The notes beneath the pieces are model-generated. The model was not told where the DNA came from and did not search any database. It was given only the letters and a program-made list of their open reading frames with translations. Positions 19,206 through 28,242 of a DNA stretch of 64,000 bases are shown here, piece by piece (within the stretch, counting starts at the first letter, position 1; each line of letters begins with the position of its first letter). The DNA is from Angustibacter luteus (GTDB taxonomy: Bacteria > Actinomycetota > Actinomycetes > Actinomycetales > Angustibacteraceae). The stretch lies in NCBI RefSeq assembly GCF_039541115.1, contig NZ_BAABFP010000007.1, forward strand, positions 310,001 through 374,000, read 5' to 3'. The position numbers and the translations under genes were made by a program.

Positions 19206-19240
19206 GTGCGCCATCAGGGACTCGAACCCCGAACCCGCTG
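19206..19240. repeat. Prophage attachment site (left junction), displaced 3' half of tRNA-Lys
   Basis: GTGCGCCATCAGGGACTCGAACCCCGAACCCGCTG identical to 52112-52146; TGG at 19204-19206 is the encoded CCA on the minus strand. Confidence 0.95.
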
Positions 19241-19447
19241 GTTCAGCGCATCTGACCGACTTGCGGCGTAATCATGTCACCCGAAAGGCCGATCGGTTAC
19301 TCCGATCGGGTGTCGGCGCGGGAGCGCTGGGCTGAACGAGTGAAATCCGTTGCAGGAGAACGGCCATTCGCACCTTCACCCCAATTGCCCGACCCGTTTG
19401 CGCCGGCCGGGGCTGTCCCGTCGGAGCACGCCCGCACCGTCCGGGCC

Positions 19448-20290
19448 ATGACGAAACAAGAACTGGTCGTGGCACCAGCATGGACGACGGAAATCGACGC
19501 CTGGAACGTGTGGATGACGGCTGCGGACCGGCCCGACACGACGCGGTACCTGCGTACCTACCACCTGCGCCGGCTCGGCGCGGAGCACCCGCTGACCCAC
19601 CCCTACGAACTGACCGCGGAGGACCTGCTGCTCTGGATTGGCCGGCCTGAGTGGTCAACCGAGACTCGACGCTCCTACCGGGCCAGCCTGCGCGTCTTCT
19701 ACGGCTGGGCGCACGCCGAGGGCCGTATCACCACCAACCCTGCCTACGGCCTCCCGTCCATCCGGCCGGCCCGTGCCATGCCGCGACCGGCGCCCACCGC
19801 GGTCGTGAACGACGCCCTCGCGGGGGCCACCATCCGCGAGCGCCTCATGCTGCTCATCCTGGCCAAGACCGGGGCCCGCCGCGGTGAGCTCGCCCAGGTG
19901 CACACCCGCGACCTCGAGGGTGGCCTGAGCGACGGCTGGTCGCTGCGGCTACACGGCAAGGGCGGCAAGCAGCGCCTCGTCCCCATCGACGACCAGTTCG
20001 CTGAGGTGCTGCTCTCCCTGGACCCCGGCTACCTGTTCCCTGGTGGCATCAACGGGCACCTGTCCGCCCCCCACGTCGGCCGCATTGTGTCGCGCATCCT
20101 CGGCCCGGGCTGGACGGCGCACACTCTGCGGCACCGGTTCGCGACCGCCGCCTACGCCGTCGAGCGGGACCTGCGGGCCGTCCAGGAGTTGCTCGGTCAC
20201 GCCAAGCCCGAGACGACCGCTGTCTACACCCTCATCCCCGACGACTCGAAGCGCCGCGCAGCCCTCGGTGCTGCCAGCGACGTCGCCTGA
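19448..20290 (+). CDS. int: Tyrosine integrase (short, no evident arm-binding domain)
   Basis: TGARRGEL, GKGGKQR, HTLRHRFAT, LLGHAKPETTAVY; next to att; alternative start at 19274. Confidence 0.92.
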   Translation: MTKQELVVAPAWTTEIDAWNVWMTAADRPDTTRYLRTYHLRRLGAEHPLTHPYELTAEDLLLWIGRPEWSTETRRSYRASLRVFYGWAHAEGRITTNPAYGLPSIRPARAMPRPAPTAVVNDALAGATIRERLMLLILAKTGARRGELAQVHTRDLEGGLSDGWSLRLHGKGGKQRLVPIDDQFAEVLLSLDPGYLFPGGINGHLSAPHVGRIVSRILGPGWTAHTLRHRFATAAYAVERDLRAVQELLGHAKPETTAVYTLIPDDSKRRAALGAASDVA

Positions 20291-20306
20291 CGCGAAGGAG
20301 CACGAC

Positions 20307-20714
20307 ATGACCACGCCCATCACGGACGTCCCCGTCCAGTCCGACACCAACCTGTACGAGACGCTGCCGCGGCTGCTCGCCGACGCGGCGGCGAACGGCA
20401 TCGACATCGGCGACCTCCTCGCCCACGCCTGCTCCGAGGCCACGCGGCTGCTGCCGCGCGGGATGGCCCTGACCGCCAACCGGTCCGGCTCCTGGGAGGC
20501 CGGCCACATCGAGGCGCTGACCGACCCGGATGCAGTGGACGTAGGCCCGGGCCCGGCGCCCCTCGACGTCGAGTGTGACCGCTGCGGTGCCCCCGCCGGG
20601 CAGATGTGCTGGAACCCCCGGACCTACGTCGACAACAAGCACCCACACCAGGAGCGCATCGACTTCGCCGGGACGTGCACGTTCTACGCACCCGGAAGCG
20701 GGTGGATGCTGTGA
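20307..20714 (+). CDS. Phage protein with C-terminal zinc finger
   Basis: AAGGAG RBS; VECDRCGAPAGQMC...HPHQER. Confidence 0.7.
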   Translation: MTTPITDVPVQSDTNLYETLPRLLADAAANGIDIGDLLAHACSEATRLLPRGMALTANRSGSWEAGHIEALTDPDAVDVGPGPAPLDVECDRCGAPAGQMCWNPRTYVDNKHPHQERIDFAGTCTFYAPGSGWML

Positions 20715-20758
20715 CTTCGCCTGCGCGCGACATCGCCACGGGCGTAGCGTCCCGCACC

Positions 20759-21097
20759 ATGACGACTCGACTCGGCGTGCTCCTCGCCGCACTGGCTCTG
20801 ATGCTCGTGAGCGCCTGTGGCGGTGGCAGCAGCGGCGGCGGATCGGACCTGTCGAAGAGCGACCCCAAGGGCGCCGAGGCCTGCACAGCCCTCGCCGACG
20901 CGTTCAAGCACAAGGACGACACCGACGCTGCCGTCGCCGGCGTCATGAAGTCCGGCGCGGCCGCCGCGCAGGCCAAAACCGACGCGATCCGCGCCGCGGT
21001 CGTGGACCTCGGCGACGACAAGGGCGCCGACGCCCAGAAGATGCACGACGCCTGCGTCGACGCCGGCATGGACATGCCCGACGTACCGAGTTCCTAG
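20759..21097 (+). CDS. Prophage lipoprotein
   Basis: Signal peptide with lipobox LVSAC, two further Cys; TAGCGT -10-like element just upstream. Confidence 0.75.
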   Translation: MTTRLGVLLAALALMLVSACGGGSSGGGSDLSKSDPKGAEACTALADAFKHKDDTDAAVAGVMKSGAAAAQAKTDAIRAAVVDLGDDKGADAQKMHDACVDAGMDMPDVPSS

Positions 21098-21107
21098 GAG
21101 GTGGCGC

Positions 21108-22160
21108 ATGTCCGACCAGGTGTACGTCTTAGGCGCGGGGTTCTCCAAGGCGATCGATCACCACATGCCCACGACGCTCGAGCTGGGGGAGACGATCACG
21201 GAGAGCCTCCGCCAGACCCAGCATCTGCAGCAGGACTTCTCTCTAGAGCGCTACGACAAGGACTTCGAGCTGTGGCTGTCGTACCTGGCCAACGACCAAC
21301 CCTGGCTCACGACCGAAGAGCAACTGAAGAACAAGATCCTCCTCGGCAAGGCAACCACGGCCGTTGGCGACGAAGTCCGGCAGCGCGAACTCAACGCGAC
21401 CTACTGGGCGGAGGACGAGGCCTTCGTGCACGGCGGCTTGTCTCCGAACGCCGACACCCGAGGTGAGTTCACCCGGCTAGGGGCGCACTGGGCCGGCCGC
21501 CCAGGGGCGCTCACGGCGTGCACCGTCATCACGTTCAACTACGACACCTTCGCCGAGCGCCTGATCATGATGGGCGGCTACGACAAGGACTGGCACCACC
21601 TGTACGTCCCCCCACTCGTGCTGCCAGGCGGGGCTTTTTGGCCGGGTCGATCCTTCCGTCAGGACGACTCGTTCGATTCCCTTCACGCAGCGGTGCTGAA
21701 GCTCCACGGATCGCTGAACTGGAAGTCAGCCGGCCCCGATAGGCCAGACCAGAACATCCACCTCACGGGTTCAGCGGCCCCGGATTGGCGGAGCTCGGAA
21801 GGCTACCGTGACGGCCTGGAGTTCGCGTGGTCGTACCTGCAGACGCTGATCGTGCCCCCCACCGCCATGAAATCGGCCTACTACGCGATCCCGGCGCTTG
21901 CACACCAGTGGACGGCCGCCAGGGAGGCGATCAGGACCGCGACCAAGGTGATCATGCTTGGCTACTCTCTGCCCCCAACCGACCAGGCCGTACACGCGTT
22001 CTTCGCGGAGACCCTGCCCGGGCGCGAAGTCGTTTTCGTAAATCGCCGCAAGGACGACGGCCTTCGTCTGGTGGACATCGTCGGCGCGAAGAATGTCAAC
22101 TTCAAGTACACCGGCACACCCAACCCGATCCCTGACTACATCCGCGCTGAAGTCCCGTGA
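21108..22160 (+). CDS. SIR2-like (SIR2_2/AbiH-type) protein, putative anti-phage NADase
   Basis: VLGAGFS, ITFNYD, LKLHGSLNW, IVPP, LGYSLP motifs; AGGAGG RBS. Confidence 0.75.
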   Translation: MSDQVYVLGAGFSKAIDHHMPTTLELGETITESLRQTQHLQQDFSLERYDKDFELWLSYLANDQPWLTTEEQLKNKILLGKATTAVGDEVRQRELNATYWAEDEAFVHGGLSPNADTRGEFTRLGAHWAGRPGALTACTVITFNYDTFAERLIMMGGYDKDWHHLYVPPLVLPGGAFWPGRSFRQDDSFDSLHAAVLKLHGSLNWKSAGPDRPDQNIHLTGSAAPDWRSSEGYRDGLEFAWSYLQTLIVPPTAMKSAYYAIPALAHQWTAAREAIRTATKVIMLGYSLPPTDQAVHAFFAETLPGREVVFVNRRKDDGLRLVDIVGAKNVNFKYTGTPNPIPDYIRAEVP

Positions 22161-22163
22161 AGG

Positions 22164-22739
22164 TCACGGCCAGTCGGTGCCCCGATGAGACCCAGGCTCC
22201 GTTGATGGCAGGTCGGAGGAAGCTCCCGGCAGATCAGGGCGCGCGTTCTCGATCTCCTGCTCGATGAGCTGACGAACGCGCTCCTCGTTGACGTCCCCGT
22301 GATCCTCGCGGCGCAGCCCGGCCAGGCCGAACAACGTAGTTACTAGCAAGCCAACCAGCGCGATCACTTCCATGCGCGTCCACTTGCCGGAGCCCTGCCT
22401 AGCCTTGAGGACCGCGGCCACCTGCGGGTCGATCGCGGCCACGCGCGCCAGCGCCAGGTCGATGTTCTCCTCGGGTTCGGTTCGAACCTGCTCGAGTGCA
22501 CGTTGCAGCTGCCTGATCTTGGCCAAGGTCCAGCCCGGGGCGTTGAACACCCGAACCAGCTCGTCACCGAGCTCGTCGACCCCGGCTACGTAGGTGCCGT
22601 CCAGGATCGGCGCGGCTCTCCCGCAGATGGGGCATCTAGTCGCACTGCCGCGGAATGTCACTTCGGACCCTTGTCCGAGCCCAATGATCTGGGCCTCGAA
22701 GATCCCGTGGGTGGGGCAGTGCGCCAGGGGTGATGCCAT
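22164..22739 (-). CDS. Hypothetical protein: N-terminal Zn-ribbon, helical middle, one TM helix
   Basis: CPTHG...CPICG; VIALVGLLVTTLFGLAGL. Confidence 0.65.
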   Translation of the reverse strand: MASPLAHCPTHGIFEAQIIGLGQGSEVTFRGSATRCPICGRAAPILDGTYVAGVDELGDELVRVFNAPGWTLAKIRQLQRALEQVRTEPEENIDLALARVAAIDPQVAAVLKARQGSGKWTRMEVIALVGLLVTTLFGLAGLRREDHGDVNEERVRQLIEQEIENARPDLPGASSDLPSTEPGSHRGTDWP

Positions 22740-23028
22740 ACCTCGGCACTCTAGGCCGGTCGCTGGGTCGCGTCTGGCGGTTGCCTATCCTAGTCGTATC
22801 CCGCGCACATACCGTCCCGTCCTCGCCTTCCACCGCGGCCGCTGGGGTCGTGGGGAGCTTGAGGCCTGGCTGAGAGCGCCAAGCGGCGGATGGACCGCAC
22901 TCACCCGTGTTCCGACCGGGCCGCCGGCCTCGAGCTCGACTTACGAGTTCCTGGCTGCCAGCGCTGTGCGCGATGCCCGGCCCTGTATCGAGTGTCCGGC
23001 GCATCGTTCGCAGGTGGCTCGGACATGA

Positions 23029-23069
23029 CGAAGCGCCCCCGCCCAAGGAACGTGGGCGGGGGCGCTTCG
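23029..23069. terminator. Terminator at the end of the late operon
   Basis: 17-bp perfect stem CGAAGCGCCCCCGCCCA / TGGGCGGGGGCGCTTCG. Confidence 0.8.
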
Positions 23070-23106
23070 CGTCACGGCGGTCTCGAGGTTACAGCTCGCG
23101 GAGGCC

Positions 23107-23382
23107 TTAACGGTCGTTGACGAGGAACCGGGCCGACCGCTCGAGCTCGCGGCCGAGGTTCGTGCTGACGTGGCAGGTCACCATGTAGCGCTGGCCGCTG
23201 ACGCCATCAGACACCCAGTACACGACGATCGAGTCCGTGTGGCTCACCGTGTCGACGGTGAGCGAGTCGTCGCTGACCGACACGTCGTGGGTGAGGATGG
23301 CCTCCCCGACCGCCAGGATCTGCGACCAATCGAAGGCGTAGTCGTTCTTCTCCTGCGGGTCATGCGTGAACTGGTGCGGCAT
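23107..23382 (-). CDS. Small virion protein (fibre-adaptor-like)
   Basis: HDPQEKNDYAFDWS...WVSDG...VTCHVSTNLGRELERS, a common phage Ig-like small protein pattern. Confidence 0.6.
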   Translation of the reverse strand: MPHQFTHDPQEKNDYAFDWSQILAVGEAILTHDVSVSDDSLTVDTVSHTDSIVVYWVSDGVSGQRYMVTCHVSTNLGRELERSARFLVNDR

Positions 23383-23396
23383 CGTGGCCGATCCCT

Positions 23397-24752
23397 TCAG
23401 GCGACTCGGTAGACGCGGTCAACGGCTTCGATCGTGGTGGTCCGCGAGCTCGGCGGCGGGCCCTGCGTGCTGCCGGCCACGACGGGCGTGGGGGCGGCCG
23501 CGGAGGCTGACACGGGAAGCATCAGGACGGTCGCGCCGACGGCGACGTCGACGCCCGTCGGCGCCTGCGCGATCGCGGTCGCCTTGAAGATCGGGATGGC
23601 CACCCCGGTCAAGGTCCCCGGTGGTACCGCGGCGGATGACGCAACCGCTCGCACGGCCACGGCCGTCGCCCCAGTGGACAGCACAGGCGGTACCGCGGCC
23701 GCCGAGCTGGTCGCGACGACGGCCACGACGAACGTCGGCAGGATCGTCGGGACAGCCTGTGCGGTCGCCGTCGCAACCACGGCCGTCACGTTCGCCGAGC
23801 TGCCCGCCTGGACGGCCGGCCCGATCGCCTGCGCCGCTGCCGTGGCCGCGAGCGCCGCGACGTTGGCGCCGCCCGTGATGACGGGTGCTGCGGCGGCTGC
23901 GGCGGTCGTGGCCGCCATCGCGGTGACGGCCCCACCCGTCGTGATGGCGGGTGGGATCGCCTGCGCGGACGCTGTGGCTGGGCCGCCGCCAGAAATCACG
24001 ACGGTCGCCTGCACGGTCGGGATGGGCGCGTCTGCGGTCGCGGTGGCGGCGACAGCCGCGACCGTGGCGCCCTGGACCGGCGCTCCGAGAGGCGACGTCA
24101 TGGTGTCGTCGAACTGGTCGTCGTCGAACCAGACGATGTCCGTGCCGGTGGAGTTGAGCTTGCCGCGCCGGTAGCCGGTGATGCTGCCTGTGCCGGCGTT
24201 CGCGGTGCCGTTGATCGCGAACGACTCGTCGGCAGTCGTCGACTCGAGGTTGGCGCCCGTGTGGTACGAGCACTTGATGGTGCCGGTCGACGTCGAGGCG
24301 CCGGGGATGCAGGTGACGGAGAACCGCCAGAAGGCGTTGCTAGGCGTGGTGCCGGTCGATGTCCAGCGCAGGATGCCGCCGCCGTCGTAGAACTCGAGCT
24401 TGTTGTCGGTGCGGCGCACCAGGCGACAGCCAAGCCCGGACGTGACCCGCATTTCGAACAGGTTCGTGCCTGCGGTCACCGGGCTGGTGGGGGTCCGCAC
24501 GTACTGATCGGAGGTGAGCTGCGCCGCCGACACCGAGACGTCACCGCGGCTGACCGCGCTGTTGCCGGCGCTGCCGTCGAACCTGAACGAGTAGCTGCCA
24601 CGGTGGGCGTAGGTCGTCGAGAACTTGCACGTGCCCGAGTTGGCGACGACGGGGGCGAAGGCAGTACCGCTGTTGATTCCGACACTGTTGCCGCTGGTGA
24701 CGGTGGTGCCGTCACCGAGGTTGGTCTCGGAGTCGTTCAACCCATACGTCAT
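23397..24752 (-). CDS. Virion protein: N-terminal beta-sandwich plus Ala/Val/Thr-rich ~22-aa repeats
   Basis: Composition, repeat periodicity and late-operon position. Confidence 0.65.
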   Translation of the reverse strand: MTYGLNDSETNLGDGTTVTSGNSVGINSGTAFAPVVANSGTCKFSTTYAHRGSYSFRFDGSAGNSAVSRGDVSVSAAQLTSDQYVRTPTSPVTAGTNLFEMRVTSGLGCRLVRRTDNKLEFYDGGGILRWTSTGTTPSNAFWRFSVTCIPGASTSTGTIKCSYHTGANLESTTADESFAINGTANAGTGSITGYRRGKLNSTGTDIVWFDDDQFDDTMTSPLGAPVQGATVAAVAATATADAPIPTVQATVVISGGGPATASAQAIPPAITTGGAVTAMAATTAAAAAAPVITGGANVAALAATAAAQAIGPAVQAGSSANVTAVVATATAQAVPTILPTFVVAVVATSSAAAVPPVLSTGATAVAVRAVASSAAVPPGTLTGVAIPIFKATAIAQAPTGVDVAVGATVLMLPVSASAAAPTPVVAGSTQGPPPSSRTTTIEAVDRVYRVA

Positions 24753-24765
24753 GTGGCTGCGCCCT

Positions 24766-25755
24766 TCACCCGTTGTGGCGGACGTAGATGGGTGACCCGT
24801 TGTCGTCGTAGACGTTCTGGTTCGGCGTGCCGTCGCCAGTGTCGAGGGTCTGGTCGGCACGGACGACGATGGTCCACGGGTCGCTGGGGTGGGAGTCTGC
24901 GGGCTGGTGTGCGTCGCGGCTGAACCGGTTTCGCCAGGCGCGGCCCAGGTTGGCACCGGCGCCGCCGCCGCCGAAGTTCAGGGGCTGGAAGCCGCCCATG
25001 AACCAGTTGTCCTCGAACACGTGGCCGCCGGTGGCACCGAAGGACCCACCCGAGTTGAGCAGGACGCAGGACAGCGACAGGTTTGGCGCCCCGGACGGGG
25101 TGGGCGATGCGTCGAGAGCGGGCTGGTGGGTTCCGCGCGACCCGTAGTAGGCCTCGACACTGTTGCCGCGCATGATGAGGCCGGTGCCGCCCTGGATCTG
25201 CACGATGTCGTTGTGGGTCTGCCCGTCGGCGTGCGCGTCCGGGGTCCAGTACAGGAGGTCGTGCATCCAGTTCTGGTCGATGACGATGTTCAGCGGCTGG
25301 CCGGCCTGGCCCACAGCATTGAACGGGTCGACCGGGTCCACGCAGTCCTGGATGTCGCTCCTGAACAGGGTGAAGTCGTGGCCTCCCACGCCGTTCGTGA
25401 AGTCACCCGGGAACTCCGGCAGGATCCGCGTGTATTCGATGCGCAGGTTCTTGACCGCCGCGTTGGTGGCTTGGATGCACCACTCGGAGCCGGTCGAGAC
25501 CCGGCCCCGAGCGATGCAGTTCCGGATCGTCACGTTCGCCGCTGTCACGCTGATCTTGCCGTGCACGTCGACGTTCTGCAGGATCTGGCCGGGCGTCGAC
25601 AGGGTGACGTTCTGTGTCAGCGTCGTGAGCGGGATCGATGGGTCCGGGCCGGTCGTCTGGTAGCTCGGCCGATACGAACCCGGGGGCCCGTAATCCCGGT
25701 CGGGCTCGATCGTGAACCGGTCCTTGTACTTGGTCCCGGCGACGATGATCGGCAC
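24766..25755 (-). CDS. Right-handed beta-helix protein (receptor-binding/depolymerase-like)
   Basis: VTAANVTIRNC, IVIDQNWMHDL, THNDIVQIQGG, VFEDNWFMGG. Confidence 0.7.
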   Translation of the reverse strand: MPIIVAGTKYKDRFTIEPDRDYGPPGSYRPSYQTTGPDPSIPLTTLTQNVTLSTPGQILQNVDVHGKISVTAANVTIRNCIARGRVSTGSEWCIQATNAAVKNLRIEYTRILPEFPGDFTNGVGGHDFTLFRSDIQDCVDPVDPFNAVGQAGQPLNIVIDQNWMHDLLYWTPDAHADGQTHNDIVQIQGGTGLIMRGNSVEAYYGSRGTHQPALDASPTPSGAPNLSLSCVLLNSGGSFGATGGHVFEDNWFMGGFQPLNFGGGGAGANLGRAWRNRFSRDAHQPADSHPSDPWTIVVRADQTLDTGDGTPNQNVYDDNGSPIYVRHNG

Positions 25756-25776
25756 GGCAGCAGCTCCTGGCGGGGC

Positions 25777-26214
25777 TCAGGCCGCGGTGATGGTGGCGAT
25801 GCCGGCGGCGTCCAGCGTGATGGTGAACGGACCGCCCGACGACGAGATGTCCGCGCCGAAGTCGACGTAGGCGATCAGGGGCCTGGTCGAGTCGGTCGCC
25901 GGGGTCGAGTCGTAGAACACGGCGTAGCGGGCCGTGATCGTCGAGCCCGTCCACGACGGGTCAGCCGCGTCCAAGCTCAGGGTGTTCGACGACGAGTCGT
26001 AGTTGACCGTCACGCTGGTCAGGGTCTGGCCGCCGGCGGTGTAGCCGGTGCCGGTGACCTCGTTGGTGACCGCCGACTTGTACTGGTGGGTGTCCTGGTT
26101 CGGCGAGTAGGTCGACGTGCACAGCATCACCTTGAGGGTGTCGCTGTCGAGGTCGACCTCCTTGTTCGCCAGGCTCTTGAGGAAGAGCCCGTACATCTTG
26201 GCCGAGACAGCCAT
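25777..26214 (-). CDS. Phage structural protein (putative fibre subunit)
   Basis: DLDSDTLKVML, NEVTGTGYTAGG, ITARYAVFY, LIAYVDFG; AAGGA RBS. Confidence 0.7.
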   Translation of the reverse strand: MAVSAKMYGLFLKSLANKEVDLDSDTLKVMLCTSTYSPNQDTHQYKSAVTNEVTGTGYTAGGQTLTSVTVNYDSSSNTLSLDAADPSWTGSTITARYAVFYDSTPATDSTRPLIAYVDFGADISSSGGPFTITLDAAGIATITAA

Positions 26215-26271
26215 GATCGTGGTCCTTTCGGTTGTGCTGCAAGGAAGGGTGGTCTGGGTCGTCGTGGGGTG

Positions 26272-26595
26272 TTACGCGGTCGGGTCGTCCAGGTGCATCA
26301 GCGCGGTGGCGGTGGCGATGTCGTCGAGCTCGTCACGGCGGGCCGAGACCTGTGTCGTCGGTACGAGGGGCGTACCGTCGGCGTCGCGGGGGTCGAACAC
26401 CGGAGTGACGTGCAGGCGGGACCACAGGGCGCCACCGACAGCCACCACCAGGGGCATGGCGAGGACCAGGACGTTGACCAGCTGGTCGGCCTGCGCATCG
26501 GAGACGCCGACGCCGAGCAGGGCCAACAGCCCGACCAGGGTTCCGATGGCGCCGGCGATGCTCGAGCGGGTGATGACGACCTGGCGGTTGCGCAT
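26272..26595 (-). CDS. Holin
   Basis: Two TM helices followed by SRLHVTPV; directly after the endolysin. Confidence 0.7.
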   Translation of the reverse strand: MRNRQVVITRSSIAGAIGTLVGLLALLGVGVSDAQADQLVNVLVLAMPLVVAVGGALWSRLHVTPVFDPRDADGTPLVPTTQVSARRDELDDIATATALMHLDDPTA

Positions 26596-26598
26596 GGG

Positions 26599-27558
26599 TC
26601 AGCCCTTCTTCGTGGTGAACGTGATCTCGGCGTCGTCGAAGACGTGCTCGAGGCGGTCGTCGACCGCGGCAGCGACTTGAGCTGCGACGTCGGTCTTGAG
26701 CGCCTCGAGCGCCACCTCGATGCGGGCCAGCCTCGACGACTGCGCGGTGAGCAGGTCGCGGCACTGCAGGACCCACTCGCCGAGGTAGTGCAGGAAGACC
26801 TTCGCGGTCCAGGTCGGGTTCTTCTTCGTGTCTGTGCGGTCGGGTGCCGCGATCTTGTCCTCGTCCCACGGGCTGGTGGTCACGGTGCCTCCTACGGTCG
26901 GCTTCGGCTTGGGGGTCGGTGCCGGCGACTTCGGGCCGGCGGCGAGCTGCGCGGCGGTCAGCGTCGACAGGTTCGCGTCGAACGGCCCACCCGCGAGCGC
27001 CGCGGTCCACTGCCAGATGTGCGGGGTCTTCCACCCGGTGGTGTTGCCGGCGAGCTTGGGGCGGTACAGGCGCGGCCAGGGCTTCGGATCGGCCGAGGGG
27101 TAGCGCGGGTACCACCAGTAGTCGAAGTGGGCCGCCACGCCCCTGCCGGAGGCGTTGGCGGCGTACCCACCGAGGTAGACGACGGTCGTGCACTGCGGTG
27201 CGAGCCGGCGCAGCTCGTCGCCGAATGCTCGCGCCCACGCGTTCGTCCTGGACTGGGAGAGGGCGGAGTCCTCGAGGTCGAGTGCGAGCACGTCGCCCTT
27301 GACGGGCCGGACGACGGCAACGAACCGGCGCGCCTGCGCGGCGGCGGACGACTTCTCCGGTCGGGCGAAGTGGTAGGCCATCCGGACCAGCCCGGCGGCC
27401 TTCAGGTTGGCCCAGTTCCGCGCGAACTGGCTGTCGACGAACGACGTGCCCTCGGTCGCCTTGCAGGCACCCCAGGTCAGCTGGTGCTTCGCCTTCAGCG
27501 AGCGCCAGTCGATGACGCCCTGGTGATGGGAGATGTCAATACCGCGTGATGTAGCCAT
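26599..27558 (-). CDS. Endolysin, GH25 lysozyme
   Basis: GIDISHHQG, KATEG, AYHF, LDLE, IWQWT, FDAN. Confidence 0.9.
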   Translation of the reverse strand: MATSRGIDISHHQGVIDWRSLKAKHQLTWGACKATEGTSFVDSQFARNWANLKAAGLVRMAYHFARPEKSSAAAQARRFVAVVRPVKGDVLALDLEDSALSQSRTNAWARAFGDELRRLAPQCTTVVYLGGYAANASGRGVAAHFDYWWYPRYPSADPKPWPRLYRPKLAGNTTGWKTPHIWQWTAALAGGPFDANLSTLTAAQLAAGPKSPAPTPKPKPTVGGTVTTSPWDEDKIAAPDRTDTKKNPTWTAKVFLHYLGEWVLQCRDLLTAQSSRLARIEVALEALKTDVAAQVAAAVDDRLEHVFDDAEITFTTKKG

Positions 27559-27571
27559 GTGCAGTTGCTCC

Positions 27572-27853
27572 TCAGACCTCGATGTCCGACACGTCGATGC
27601 CGGACTGCTTCAGCCGGGCCTTGAGCTTGCGCACCTCGTCCTCGAGGTCGGCGATGCGCTGCCGGTCCTCGGCGCGCTCCTTCTCCAGGCGCTCGATGGC
27701 GTTCTTGTAGATGCCCTCGGCCCGCAAAAACGCCCCCTGCTCGACTCCGACCTTGGCCACCTCGACGGTCGACTTCCGTGCGACCCGCGCGCCGAGCACC
27801 GATGCCAGGACGGTGGCCAAGCCGATGGCGAGGGTGACGATGTTCTGCGTCAT
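27572..27853 (-). CDS. Membrane/coiled-coil lysis-region protein
   Basis: N-terminal TM helix plus coiled coil. Confidence 0.65.
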   Translation of the reverse strand: MTQNIVTLAIGLATVLASVLGARVARKSTVEVAKVGVEQGAFLRAEGIYKNAIERLEKERAEDRQRIADLEDEVRKLKARLKQSGIDVSDIEV

Positions 27854-28242
27854 GACCGGGACCGTGGCGGGTTGGACATGCCGGAGACGATGAGCGGCGC
27901 AGCCGCGATGGCCGAGTACAGGATCCATGTCACCCACCCCTGCGGTGCGGTGTGCAGCCGCCAGGCGAGCAGGTACAGCCCGCCCCACAGCAGCGGCACG
28001 AAGGTCAGGAACGAGTAGCCGTAACGGTCACGTGGCTCGCGCATGAACGCCGAGACGATCGCGACGACTCCGGCGACCAACCACGGGACGCCGAGCCAGT
28101 GGATCGACAGGTGGTCGGTGATGAACGAGAGCGCGACCGCGCGGCCGGGTGAGGACTGCGCGACGGCGTAGGAGTAGCCGATGCCGGCATAGGCGATGCC
28201 GAACGACAGCAGGAACGCGCCGCGGCGCCGGTTGACGCGCAT
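27850..28242 (-). CDS. 4-TM membrane protein of the lysis region
   Basis: MRVNRRRGAFLLSFG; four hydrophobic helices; translationally coupled. Confidence 0.7.
   Translation of the reverse strand: MRVNRRRGAFLLSFGIAYAGIGYSYAVAQSSPGRAVALSFITDHLSIHWLGVPWLVAGVVAIVSAFMREPRDRYGYSFLTFVPLLWGGLYLLAWRLHTAPQGWVTWILYSAIAAAPLIVSGMSNPPRSRS

Noticed and set aside
19204..19240. Second tRNA-Lys gene
   Set aside because: Only the 3' half is present, with no D-arm or anticodon; it is the att duplication
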